A DNA stretch of 64,000 nucleotides from Eledone cirrhosa (GCA_964016885.1 OZ024753.1:40176001-40240000); one strand, 5' to 3'; positions 1 through 13,168 are shown, numbered from the stretch's first letter. The notes: generated from the letters alone by a model not told the origin. Numbers and translations are program-made.

Positions 1-536
1 TTTTAATCTATTGCTGTAGTGTTCCTCTTTCAGATAATATAGGATTCTATTTTCATAATTGATATTTTAATATAATGATTTCGTCTTATAATGATGAATA
101 TAAAAACAATGCTATATTATTCTAAACAGCTGAAATAACAACAAAGGAAAGTAAAAGAAATACTACACCAACAGTATAAACAACGAAAACACTACAACTA
201 CGTAGCTATTCGTTATCCTAGAAATAACAGTCAAATTACCCTGAAATTTTACTCTAAATGAATTTATGACATTTATCTTTAATTGGAATATAGAAAAATA
301 AAATTGACGTTGATGTTATTGTTGTTAACCCGTAGCTGATTGATCTGAGCAACAAAGAATGTTTTTCCAGTCGTGACCTTCCCAATTTTTCCAATGTTTT
401 GCTAACTTATGTCATATCATTAAAGGTCTCAGATGGTAGGATATGATTTTGGTGATATTTGGCAGTTATTCTTAACAGATTGAGTAACTACTTAGCAGAC
501 CCATCACACTTGTTGATATAGAAGTAAATACGCACG

Positions 537-660
<124 letters not shown>

Positions 661-852
661 GGAACAAGTAAGACCCCGACGGCTGAGCTCAAGCCGTTTC
701 GACGGCTAATTCTGTACTGAATTAGCCGTCGAAACGGCTTGAGCTCAGTCGTCGGGGTCTTACTTGTTCCTATTACCCACTCTACTACCCTAAGTATTGA
801 GTACTTTGGTGCGTTATGGTCCACCTGGTTCCTTACCACATTTCCTTCGTTA
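661..852. mobile_element. Family A fold-back mini-element in (TA)n
   Basis: Near-perfect palindrome 661-712 / 719-770 plus an ~80-bp tail ending CCTTCGTTA(TA)n; about 11 related copies in the window. Confidence 0.9.
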
Positions 853-880
853 TATATATATATATATACACATATGTATA

Positions 881-1056
881 TAACAAAGAGGGTATGGTAA
901 GATACCAGGTGGACCATAATGCACCAGAGTACTCAATACTTATGGTAATAGAGTGAGTAATAGGAAAAGTGTCATGGCCCGACGGCTGAGCTACGGCCGT
1001 TTCGGATCTAGCTGTCGAAACGACCGGAGCTCAGCCATCGGGGTCCTGACTCTTTT

Positions 1057-1060
<4 letters not shown>
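881..1060. mobile_element. Family A variant subfamily, opposite orientation
   Basis: Diverged tail (GGTAAGATACCAGGTGGACCATAATGCACCAGAGTACTCAATAC) plus imperfect palindrome 961-1060; minus strand contains GAAAC-GGCC-GUA. Confidence 0.85.
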
Positions 1061-1130
<70 letters not shown>

Positions 1131-1527
1131 CAAATAACGAAACGAAATTAAATTTCGTTTCGTTTGTAACTCACTTTTGTACAGAATAGCTGGACACTCA
1201 CAGTAAAGTGTCCTGTGAAAAACTCGGTACATCTACATATGTACACGTGTGTGTATTCATATGCATACTAGTATTTCAGTATACATATGTGGATGTACAT
1301 TTTTAACTTAATTATATATATATATATATATATATTAAGTTGTTAAACAATATTCGATGATTATGTCAAAGAATGAGTTTTACAGTAGTTTGGAAGCACT
1401 CTACGACAAAAATAATTTTCAGGAGTTATTAATATTAAAATATAAGTATTAATAAAATAGATGTTCTTTTGATCAATTACCTTGATTAAATCTTAACCAT
1501 TTAACATCTCAGGGTATGTCATGTATC

Positions 1528-1590
1528 ATTATATTTTGTCTGACGAGGACGTACTGTTGTACATCAGAAATATGTATAATAAAATGTAAT
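1528..1590 (+). ncRNA. Minimal hammerhead ribozyme motif in a fold-back element (1337-1632)
   Basis: AUUAUAUUUUGU-CUGACGA-GGACGUAC(UGUU)GUACAUCA-GAAAU-AUGU-AUA-AUAAAAUGUAAU. 12-bp stem I with G-U pairs; the stem II closing pair is mismatched. Same family as 40202-40678. Confidence 0.7.
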
Positions 1591-1630
1591 TGATCAAAAG
1601 AACATCTATTTTATTAGTACTTATATTTTA

Positions 1631-1690
<60 letters not shown>

Positions 1691-1728
1691 GTATGTGTGT
1701 ATATATGTCTCTTTCTCTCTCCCTCTCT

Positions 1729-1776
<48 letters not shown>

Positions 1777-2497
1777 CAGAGAGCCCGTGTGTATTTCCCC
1801 ATGTGCATATAAATATAAGTAGGTAAGTATAAATACATGTAAGTACATACATAAATACGTAAGTATACATACATGTATGACTATATGCAAGTATATAAAT
1901 TCCTCTAATCTACATGCTACGTACAATATCACCCAAAGGACAAAGGTTATTGATTTTCCTCTCGTATTTCATTCAAATCCTTTTGGCCTTTCATCCTTTA
2001 CCATTTTCACTGTCTCAATTTATCATTTATTTGATTTTTTTATGGATTATATTTTTGGTTTACATTTTTATATATTTTATACTTTATATATTTTATACTT
2101 TATATATTTTTATACTTTATATATTTTATATTTTATATTTTTTTATTCTTTATATATTTTTAGATTTTATATATTTTTACTATTTTCTTTCAGGGTTTTA
2201 TTCGATATTTTTTTTGTTTTGTGTGTGTTTGTTGTCTCGTTTCGTATATCTTACGTATATCTTTTCATTTAATATTTTGAATTTGTTTTCATGCTTTTTG
2301 TTCTAGTTGTTCTCGTTGCCTTGTCTCTCTCCTTTTGCTCTCTCTCCACTTCTCTCTCTATTGTCTCACCACTTCTCTCCCCATTCTCTCTCCACTTCTC
2401 TCTTTATATCTTCCTATTCCCATGTCTTTCTTTATAGCTATTTTTCTCTCTATCTTGTTCTTTATCTCTCATATATTTCTTTTTCATTCTCTCTCCG

Positions 2498-2530
<33 letters not shown>

Positions 2531-2606
2531 ATCTTACTAATCTCACTCTCTCTCTGTCTCTTTTCTCTCTCTTTTCTCTCTCTCTCTCTGTCTATCTCTC
2601 TGTCTA

Positions 2607-2661
<55 letters not shown>

Positions 2662-2735
2662 CTATCTCTCTGTTTAGTTCTCTCTCTCTCTTATATCTTT
2701 TTCATTCTCTCTCTCCGATCTCTTTCTCTCTCTCT

Positions 2736-2790
<55 letters not shown>

Positions 2791-3655
2791 ATGATGCCTC
2801 TGTCATATTTCTATATATTTGGTCAGCACTTTCTCTTTTTCTCTGTATCTCTTTCCATCTTTCTCTCACCCCCCCCCCTCTCTCTTTATCTCCCATTTTT
2901 CCTTCCTTTTCTTTCACATTTCCTTCTCCAATCTCTCTACTTTTCTCTCTTCCAACTCTCTTTCGCATTATTATTATTTTTTTATTTTAAATTTTCCTAT
3001 TTTCATCCTCGTCCCATTCTCAGAGACCCCACAACAATCCGATTATTTAACATACGACATCCGGAAATTAGGCGCCATTTTTGTCGTTTGTCAAACCTTG
3101 ATTCCCAGACCTACTGGAGCCACGACGATTTATGCATACAATACCAATATGAAAGGCTTGTCGCTGTGAAGACATTTTACAACATTTCCATAAGTAGAAT
3201 TTCTAAGCCTTAAACGAGTTTTCTAGAATTATTCAACAGCTCAGATAGTTTACAAAACATACGTGGCTAAAGATTAAAAGTTGCTGCGTTGTTGTTTTGT
3301 TTGTGTTTATTATTCGTTTGTGGTTATAGAAGAGATAATAATGATGATGATGATGATTATGATGATAGGACCAGGTGGTGGTGGTGGTGGTGGGGGAATG
3401 TTGCATTTCGACTGAAGTAAATAACTTTATGTAATGTAAAAATATAAATGAATACAAACCTGCCAACTTACCTATACACTTATCTACCTAGCTACCTACC
3501 TACCTACCCACATACCTATCTATCTACTTACCTACCTACCTACTTACCTACCTACCTATCTTCCTATCTATCTATCTACCTATGGACTTGCAAACGTAAT
3601 TGAAAGTGAACGTACTTGCAGAATAAACTATTCGTGATTATCTAAATAGACTTAA

Positions 3656-3871
3656 GGGCGGTGGATCGGCAATGTCGATAGAGAGCCGGACGCCATGCTT
3701 TGCAGCATAGAGTTACGGTCCTTTATGATCTGAGTTCAAATCCCGCCGAGGTTAACTTTGCCTTTCATCCTTACGGGGTCGATAAAATAAAGTACCAGTA
3801 ATGCACTGGGATCGATTTAATCGACTTTCCTCTCCGCCAAAATTGCTGGTCTTGTGCCTATATAAGAAACA
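3656..3871 (+). mobile_element. tRNA-derived SINE (family S1), full length with 19-bp TSD
   Basis: A-box-like head, GAGTTCAAATCC B box, core GCCTTTCATCCTTACGGGGTCGATAAAATAAAGTACCAG. TSD ATTATCTAAATAGACTTAA at 3637-3655 and 3872-3890. Confidence 0.92.
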
Positions 3872-3916
3872 ATTATCTAAATAGACTTAACTAGATACCA
3901 GTGTACGTTGAGCTTA

Positions 3917-3976
<60 letters not shown>

Positions 3977-3978
<2 letters not shown>

Positions 3979-4552
3979 CAAAGATGAAGCAGAGGCGGTG
4001 TTTCTGTGCGTAATAGCCATGGCGAAAGAGGTTGTATGGTGGACGCGTCTGAAAGGACTGAGGTCAGGCATCTTTCTCTCTGGCCAACAACTGGTCCGTT
4101 TCTTCCGATATCATTTCGGAAGAAGGATCAGGATGGAGAGAGAGGTGCTGCACCCCAGTCGTTTTTATGAAAGGTGGGTGAAAGTGGCGAGAATGGCCCG
4201 TGTGAATGGGCCTTCTCTTTACATAAGCCTGTAGGTGGAAAAGAGGAAGGAACGAGGGAGCACCCCCTCTCTGTGCTCCTGAGGAAAAGGGTTGCACACT
4301 TTTTTCGGGGGTGTGTGCGACCCCCCAAGGCGCCTCCTCTCTATTGAGGATTTTGTTATAAATTTTATTTTTTGTTATATTTTATAACAAAATCCTCTAT
4401 TGAGGATTTTGTTATAATTCTATTTTTTGTTATATTTTATTTTATTTTTATATATTGTTATTGCCTCCTCCCTATTGAGGACGCCTTGTTTTGTAAACTC
4501 CCCCCATTGTACTTGTCCCACTTTTGATGCCCTTGTGGCAAATAAAAGAAAC
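3977..4552 (+). mobile_element. 5'-truncated Tx1/L1-group LINE 3' end inserted in (TATC)n
   Basis: ORF end ...AVFLCVIAMAKEVVWWTRLK...FFRYHFGRRIRMEREVL...FYERW* (stop at 4234), resembling Tx1 ORF2 C-termini. 3'UTR ends AATAAAAGAAACA; TATC arrays on both sides. Confidence 0.75.
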
Positions 4553-4553
4553 A

Positions 4554-4589
<36 letters not shown>

Positions 4590-4598
4590 AGCCTACCT

Positions 4599-4638
<40 letters not shown>

Positions 4639-4667
4639 ACACACACATATATATTTTAAAAATTACA

Positions 4668-4960
4668 TGACCTTAAATCTGGGCTTCTTGATAGCATTCA
4701 TGTGGACCTCGACGACCCGGCCAATGTCCTGGAAATTATACATCAAGCCACTTTCAGACATTGACAGTACGTGCAAAATGATGAGGGGCTTCATCTTGCT
4801 TAAATATAAGGTCATTGATGCTGTGGCAAGTGGTCACAGTGGGCCAAACGTTATAGGTAATTTTCAATAGAGAGTTTCATTCCACCCACACTGCACATTG
4901 TAAATGTAAGCGTGGACATAATTGTAAGCCCATTTTATTCTGGTGAGGAGGGACATCACT
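4668..4960 (-). pseudogene. Degraded Tc1/mariner transposase fragment
   Basis: Minus-strand translation with frameshifts: VWPTV...DLIFKQDEAPHHFARTV...WLDV.FPGHWPGRRGPHE...RSPDL, matching the QQDGAP..H, WIGRRG and RSPDL motifs. Confidence 0.75.
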
Positions 4961-5303
4961 TTTATGTATCAGTGATTGTTGCAATGTTTTTAAGGTAGAG
5001 GGTTGGTGTCATTGTTGGTGTTGGAATTATGTGTATGAAGGTAATAAGTACATTCCAAAGAAATTTGTTAAATGAGCCGGTAAATTTGTAAAGTTGTCAG
5101 AGTGTCGGATTAAAAATGATTCAGTACTTCTTCGGTTGCTTATTTCACAAATTACTATATATCTTTATTAACTCAGAACATGAGTGCTAATAATAATATG
5201 CCAATTAGTAAGTCCACTTCACTATACTACTATAAATGATAGCTTATAAAAGCCCTTCGGTAACGTATTTCTTGGGATTGTTTAGAAGATATATATACAT
5301 TAA

Positions 5304-5521
5304 CCCTTTAGCATTTAAACCGGCCATATCTGGCCAGAATTCTCTCACCTTTTTCTGTTCAAACTGACCGTAACTGGCCATTCATATTGATTTTAAGGTA
5401 TTATTTTCAAAATAAATAATATCAAAATCACATAGATTCGATATTATGTAATATATTACGTTAGATAAAGCATTTTCTGTGAAAATATAATAGTATATAT
5501 AGTCATGTAAATGCTAAAGAG
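5304..5521. mobile_element. MITE with TTAA target duplication (piggyBac-like)
   Basis: TTAA-CCCTTTAGCATTTA ... TAAATGCTAAAGAG-TTAA; 14-bp TIR with one mismatch, 218 bp. Confidence 0.8.
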
Positions 5522-5749
5522 TTAACCACGCAGTCATGTCTGCACCCAACAATAACAAACCTCCTTCAAAACTTATCCCTTTACCCACAAACGATATATC
5601 CAACATCTACAAAAAAGGTGAAAGCAATAACCATCGACTGTATTCCAACAATCACAACTCTCAAATCTGAACACCACCCACACAACCTACTATCATCACA
5701 ATCACCACCATCACACTACCAGAATCAGCCCCACAACCATAACAAGCAC

Positions 5750-7165
5750 CCCTCCACACCATCAACACCAGCACCACAACCACAACCACCACCACACCAT
5801 CAACACCAGCACCACAACAACAACAACAACCACCACCACACCATCAACACCAGCACCACAACCACAACCACCACCACACCATCAACACCAGCACCACAAC
5901 AACAACAACAACCACCACCACACCATCAACACCAGCACCACAACCACAACCACCACCACACCATCAACACCAGCACCACAACCACAACCACCACCACACC
6001 ATCAACACCAGCACCACAACAACAACAACAACCACCACCACACCATCAACACCAGCACCACAACCACAACCACCACCACACCATCAACACCAGCACCACA
6101 ACCACAACCACCACCACACCATCAACACCAGCACCACAACCACAACCACCACCACACCATCAACACCAGCACCACAACAACAACAACAACCACCACCACA
6201 CCATCAACACCAGCACCACAACCACAACCACCACCACACCATCAACACCAGCACCACAACAACAACAACAACCACCACCACACCATCAACACCAGCACCA
6301 CAACCACAACAAGCATAACCACAGCCACAACCACCACCCGGCAATCAGCACCGACACTACAACCACAACCACCACAACCACCACCACACCGCCAGAACCA
6401 GCACCAAAACCACAACTACCACCACCACTACCACAACCACCACCACAACCACCACCACACCACTAGAACCAGCACCACAACCACAACAACCACTACCAAC
6501 AACACAACCACAACCACCATCACCACACCATCAATACCAGCACCACAACCACAACCAACACCACCAGAACCAGCACCACAACCACAACCACCACCACCAC
6601 CACAACCACCACCAGTACCACAACCACCACCACTACAACCACAACCACTACCACCACCAGCACCACAACCTCCACCACCACTACCATAACCATAACCACC
6701 AGCACCACAACCACTACCAACACCACAACTACTACCACCACCACCACCACTACCACAACCACCACCACAACAACCACAAGAACCAGCACCACTACCAACA
6801 CCACTACCAACACCACAACGAACACCACCACAACCAACACCACAAACACCACCACAACAACCACACGAACCAGCACCACTACCAACACCACTACCAACAC
6901 CACAACGAACACCACCACAACCAACACCACAACCACCACCACAACAACCACGACCACACGAACCAGCACCACTACCAACACCACTACCAACACCACCACA
7001 ACCACCACCACTACCACAACCACCGCCACAACAACCACAAGAACCAGCACCACTACCAACACCACTACCAAGACCACTACCAACACCACAACGAACACCA
7101 CCACAACCAACACCACAACGAACACCACCACAACCACCACCACCACCACCACCACCACCACTACC
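5750..7165. repeat. CAC/CAA-rich compound minisatellite
   Basis: Unit CACCATCAACACCAGCACCACAACCACAACCACCACCA (~39-45 bp) with a 120-bp higher-order period at 5870-6110; almost no G/T on +. Confidence 0.95.
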
Positions 7166-7811
7166 TCAGCCATTTATCAGAAGCAACATGATAATCTTTG
7201 TACTTTAGAAAATATGCAAGATAAAACAAACAAAAAAAAGACACACACTCACACAAAAACAAACAAAAAAAACCGATAGACTAACAAACGATACGAGGGT
7301 AATAAAATAAAACAAAATAAAATATTAAAAAAAAAAAAAATACCTAAAAAGATAGACAAGAAAATACAATAACGAGACAAAAAGAATAAAACAAAACATA
7401 TAAACAAGCCCGTGAGTCAAAGGTTAAGAGACTTGTTGGCGTCAGCAAGGTTTCCTACTTAAACAATTCGTCGCCGATTTCATTTAACCCGGTTGACGTT
7501 CTACCATGTCTGATAGTGGACGGTGAATAGAATAAAAAATACAGTTTTTAGGTTTAGTCCCAGGCCAGCGTGCCATGAGTCGTGTGATAAATACCGATAC
7601 GGCGCCACCTTGAACACCTATACTGTCTGAATGCGTGCAACAAGTACTAAATTGGATGGGTTCGTGGTGTGTATATTTTTCCGAGTGTATATATATGTGT
7701 ATATATGCATATGTACATGTATGCATGTGTTTATCTATCTCATTCATTCACGTTTACCCTTTCTTTCTTGCTCTATCTACCTACATACCTATTTATCTAC
7801 CCTTTTCTCTC

Positions 7812-7845
<34 letters not shown>

Positions 7846-7948
7846 GGTAAGATGTCTTCCTACCTACCTATACAGGTATACGTACCTAGATATATATATA
7901 GAGAGAAAGAGAAAGAGAAGAGAGGGAGAGATGCACACGCACACACAC

Positions 7949-8032
<84 letters not shown>

Positions 8033-8393
8033 GTGTGTGTGTGTATATGTATATATATGTTGTATTTTTGAACGATTTCATCGGGGGAGGGATGACAAGA
8101 CTGAAGTGAGACGTACTAAAGTATACATAGGATTTAATAAATTGACACACGATTAAGTGGTAGCTAAGAATAATTATTCATAAAAACCTACATACCCGCA
8201 TACATATACACAAAACACACATATACATATATGTGCAAATATCTTCTCCTCTTTCTCTCTCTGTTAACGAGAAACAATGAAATCATTTGAGAATGTGTAG
8301 TTAATTAACCCATAGTTTTACGGACATGTCAGAGAGCAAAATTATCGGTGTGCAGACCAATCGATGGCTGCCTATCCTCAGAAACTGAGGATG

Positions 8394-8482
<89 letters not shown>

Positions 8483-8589
8483 ACTGGTGGGTTGTGTTGA
8501 TCCGTTTGAGGTGAAACAAATTATTCTCGGAAATAGTGTATTAACTGTTGTGGAACTACTTAGAGACACACAGACACACACCCACACAC

Positions 8590-8679
<90 letters not shown>

Positions 8680-8681
8680 CG

Positions 8682-8800
8682 TTTTAAGGCCATAACACAC
8701 TGAAAACACCGGTTCTAGTCCGATCACCGAAGTTAAACAGCGTCGAGCCTAGTTAGTACTTAGATGGGTGACCACTTGGGAAACCTAGGTGCTGTAACCA
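8682..8800 (+). rRNA. 5S rRNA-derived sequence (near full length; probably a retroposed copy or SINE head rather than an rDNA array unit)
   Basis: GGCCATAACACACTGAAAACACCGGTTCTAGTCCGATCACCGAAGTTAAACAGCGTCGAGCCTAGTTAGTACTTAGATGGGTGACCACTTGGGAAACCTAGGTGCTGTAACC follows the metazoan 5S sequence, with recognisable box A and box C. It is a single copy next to (TA)n. Confidence 0.92.
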
Positions 8801-8843
8801 TTTCCTTGGATCTCGGGAATTTTGCCCGCCCTAGATAGATAGA
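8682..8843 (+). mobile_element. Candidate 5S-derived SINE (SINE3-type) with RTE-LINE-derived 3' tail and (TAGA)n end
   Basis: 8803-8835 TCCTTGGATCTCGGGAATTTTGCCCGCCCTAGA versus LINE end 21132-21164 TCCATGGATCTCGGGAATTTTACCCGCCCTAGA (31/33 identical), followed by TAGATAGA. Confidence 0.75.
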
Positions 8844-9014
8844 CATACGCACTCACACACACACATACATACACACACACACATCTCTATATATATATAT
8901 ATATATGTATAAATATTTCGTATCTACAAAGAAATACGGTTTTAGGAAGCCGTAGCTATGCAAACATCGGGGCGCTAACGCCCTCTGGTGATGTCCAGCA
9001 GAAGCAAGGGGGAC

Positions 9015-9060
9015 AACCGTCTATGCATTTCAGGCTTAACAGGCCTTCGTCAGGACGGTC
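9015..9060 (-). ncRNA. Minimal type I hammerhead ribozyme
   Basis: Minus strand: GACCGUC-CUGACGA-AGGC(CUGUUAA)GCCU-GAAAU-GC-AUA-GACGGUU. 7-bp stem I, 4-bp stem II, palindromic stem III; lies in a ~180-bp insert between TA runs. Confidence 0.85.
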
Positions 9061-9371
9061 CCTGCCACCGCTTGCGACTGCTGGACTAGGATATATATAT
9101 ATATGAGGGCGAATTTGTGTCGTTAAAGTATTGGATTTTTTTCTGGCTCTTTGTCAACATAATTGAAATCCTGTCAAGGTCAGATTTACCTTTCATCTTT
9201 TTGAACGTAATAAATAAGGTACCAGGCAGGGGGTTGGGAATGAAGGCAGGTGTGTGGTTGGCAGAATTGTTAAAAAATCGAACAGACAGGGGTGCTTTAG
9301 CTTAACCTGTTCTATAGGTTCTAAGTTCAAATTCCACCCCCGTCTACCACGATCTGTGTCAGGTTGATAAA

Positions 9372-9447
9372 TGTTTCTACGTTAGGCACAAGGCCAGCAA
9401 TTAGCCGTTGAAACGGCTTGAGCTCAGCCGTCGGGGTCCTACTCGTT

Positions 9448-9494
<47 letters not shown>

Positions 9495-9950
9495 AAAAAG
9501 CACCATAGCTACCATTAAACACACGTATATATATATATATACTGACAGAAGAAGAAACTGTGGACCCCCCCACCAAAAAAAAAAATGGTTTCTTATATAG
9601 GCACAAGGCCAGCAATTTGAGGGGAGGGGAAAGTCGAACAAATCAACTCCAGTACATTACTGGTACTTTATTTTATCGACCTCGTAAGGATGAAAGGCAA
9701 AGTTAACCTCGGCGAGATTTGAACTCAGAAGGTAAAGGGTCGTAACTATTTGCCATAAAACAGGATCGATAAAATAGAATACCAGTAACACAATGGGGTT
9801 GATTTAATCGGCTTTCCCCTCCCTCAAAATGGTTAGCCTTTTGCCCAAATTAGAAACCTCGGCGAGATTTGAACTCAGATCGTAAAGGGACGTAACTATG
9901 CTGGAAAGCATGGCGTCCGACCCTCTACCCATACTGCCAACCCGCCGCCC
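9372..9950 (-). mobile_element. Nested cluster of S1 SINE pieces plus a family A fragment
   Basis: SINE tail 9372-9400, family A arm 9399-9450, SINE pieces 9586-9750 and 9760-9950; bounded by direct repeat TGTGTCAGGTWGATAA. Confidence 0.75.
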
Positions 9951-10116
9951 TTGTGTCAGGTAGATAATATTCATCAACATAATTGGTAGACTGTATGTAG
10001 CAGATACACAGGGATATTTAGGTGTAATTAGTAAAATAATCTTCTGCAGTTCCAGTAATCATACATAGAAGCACTTGATAGCTTCTGCTACCTTGGTGAT
10101 ATAACAAGAGGTGGAA

Positions 10117-10855
10117 TATGTACTTACGTATATATATATGTATGAATATATGTATGTACATATGTATGTATATATGTACGTATGTAAGTACGTATATATG
10201 TATGTATGTCCGTATATATATATATATGTATTTATATATGTATATATGTACGTATGTACTTACGTATATATATATATGTAGGAATATATGTATGTACATA
10301 TGTATGTATATATGTACGTATATTGGTACGTATATATGTATGTATGTCCGTATATATATATGTATGTATTTATATATGTATGTATATATGTACGTATGTA
10401 CTTACGTATATATATATATATGTATGAATATATGTATGTACATATGTATGTATATATGTACGTATGTAAGTACGTATATATGTATGTATGTCCGTATATA
10501 TATATATATGTATGTATTTATATATGTATATATGTACGTATGTACATACGTATATATATATGTATGAATATATGTATGTACATATGTATGTATATATGTA
10601 CGTATGTAAGTACGTATATATGTATGTATGTCCGTATATATATATATATGTATGTATATATATATGTATGTATATATGTACGTATGTACATACGTATATA
10701 TATATGTATGAATATATGTATGTACATATGTATGTATATATGAACGTACGTATATATGTATGTATCTATGTACGTGTACATGTATGTATGTATACGTGTA
10801 TGTATGAATATATGTATATGTATGTATGTATGTATGTATATATGTACGTATGTAT
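10117..10855. repeat. TATG-derived tandem repeat, unit ~130-140 bp
   Basis: Landmarks TACTTACG, TGAATA, GTAAGTACG and GTCCGTA recur about 4-5 times. Confidence 0.9.
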
Positions 10856-11357
10856 CTGTATTAATTACACATAACTCTCTGCTCTATAATTATCAGCATC
10901 TTAAACATATCCATTTACCAAGGTCGGATGCATAATATCCCTTTAATTAATAGACATATGTAGTTTATAATTAATTAATTTTACTTAATTATGTTATCTC
11001 TATTTTATTTTGTTTTTTTTTACTTTTTAAATATATATGTTTTCTTTTCAAAAAAACCTAAACGCCATTTTGATAATAAAACTGGTTACGAGATCGAGGA
11101 TTGCTGATATATGACCAAAAACTATCTCCTCATGTCTTTATCTATATATCTATGTAGATAGTATTCTCATGTTCTAATGTATATATATATATAGTAATAA
11201 TAATAAATTTGAAGACTAAAATCCAAAGAGGGCTCGATAAGGATAAATATATATCAAATATATAAGAACCGTTTACAGATTGACTTCGTTAGTTTCAGAA
11301 GATCTCGTTAAGGGTGAAAGCAGCGATTCTTTGCTTAAACTTTAATCTGTTATTTTA

Positions 11358-11448
<91 letters not shown>

Positions 11449-11553
11449 ATCTGAGTTTTTTGAATATTAATAATATTCGATTCGTTTGCAATTATGCAAA
11501 CAACCATCATTTTTAGAGCCATGTCAGTAGAACGAGCCCCTCATTCTTGCTCT

Positions 11554-11595
<42 letters not shown>

Positions 11596-11599
<4 letters not shown>

Positions 11600-11711
11600 A
11601 ACGAGTAGGAACCCGGTCCTATTCGTTCCTATTACCCACTCTACTACCCTAAGTATTGAGTACTTTGGTGCGTTATGGTCCATCTTGTTCCTTACCACAT
11701 TTCCTTCGTTA
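11596..11711. mobile_element. Family A copy with shortened palindrome
   Basis: TAGGAACGAGTAGGA...TCCTATTCGTTCCTA plus the standard tail; TA flanks. Confidence 0.85.
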
Positions 11712-11845
11712 TATATATATATATATATAATGTTTATCCCGGTTTCAATCGGGGGCAACAACAGTAAGTAGGGTACTCAATACATAGCAGAGTATAACTA
11801 TTTAATATAGAAATGGCTTCTACAGGACTAGAACAGTTTCATTAA

Positions 11846-12069
11846 AAATATTTGATCAGTTCTACTGCCTCCGAGGCTCAAACCACAATTTTCTTCAGTT
11901 AGCTAAACAAAGTTGTCTTACTTTTTGCCTCAATTGCCAGTGCTTAGGGGCATTCTCAGAGATCCAGGTAACCCAGCACGCACAAATCCTCCCTACTTGA
12001 GTCTCCTAGCATCTGGTTCCGAATTTCATCCTCTCCAGAAGCTTTAACAAATTTGAGCCTCTTAATTCG
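11846..12069 (-). pseudogene. Degraded RTE-clade reverse transcriptase fragment
   Basis: Minus-strand blocks in the correct order: RIKRLKFVKASGEDEIRNQML, ACWVTWISENAPKHWQ, EENCGLSLGGSRTDQIF (cf. KAAGEDEIRPEML, PKDWQ, QCGFRPGRSTTDQIF). Confidence 0.7.
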
Positions 12070-12106
12070 TAGAAACGTTTATGCGTGTTTATTATAAATA
12101 AACAAA

Positions 12107-12295
12107 GGACTGTGGATTGGCAGTATCGGTAGAGGGTCGGAGGCTATGCTATGCAGCAAAGAGTTACGGCCCTTTATGGACTGAGTTCAAATCCCGCCCA
12201 GCTTAACTTTACCTTTCATCCTTACGGGGGTCGATAAAATAAAGTACCAGTAATGCACTGATATAATTGCTGGCCTTGTGCCAAAAGTAGAAATA
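12107..12295 (+). mobile_element. S1 SINE with 16-bp TSD
   Basis: TSD ATTATAAATAAACAAA at 12091-12106 and 12296-12311. Confidence 0.92.
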
Positions 12296-12522
12296 ATTAT
12301 AAATAAACAAATCGCAAATTCTTCCACATACAGCTGTATCATGACTCAAGCATTGTTATGTTATTTCTGCCGTTAACTAATCGTAAGTGGTCAAGCTATA
12401 TGCAATGGAGCTTTGATACACAATAAAATACTAATAGATCTAAACGAAACTTCCAAGTTGTTTCTAATATAAACACTCTGACTGTGCATAGTATGCTTGT
12501 TTTGGTACCACCACCAATATAT

Positions 12523-12570
<48 letters not shown>

Positions 12571-12601
12571 GTGTATATACATATATATATATATATATAT
12601 A

Positions 12602-12647
<46 letters not shown>

Positions 12648-12659
12648 TATATATATACT

Positions 12660-12709
<50 letters not shown>

Positions 12710-12735
12710 AATATATACATATATATATATATATA

Positions 12736-13100
<365 letters not shown>

Positions 13101-13103
13101 CAT

Positions 13104-13168
<65 letters not shown>

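Noticed and set aside
661-770. Family A palindromes as miRNA precursors or classical MITEs
   Set aside because: The arms are asymmetric (one carries an 80-bp tail) and the centres vary between copies, which fits inverted retro-insertions better than TIR elements or miRNA genes.
5618-7173. Mucin-like or poly-Val ORFs
   Set aside because: CAC/CAA minisatellite open in multiple frames and strands; no signal peptide, splice context or domain.
11292-11335. Family D CAGAAGA...GAAAG as an active hammerhead
   Set aside because: Non-canonical core with no stem I or convincing stem III; a relic at best.
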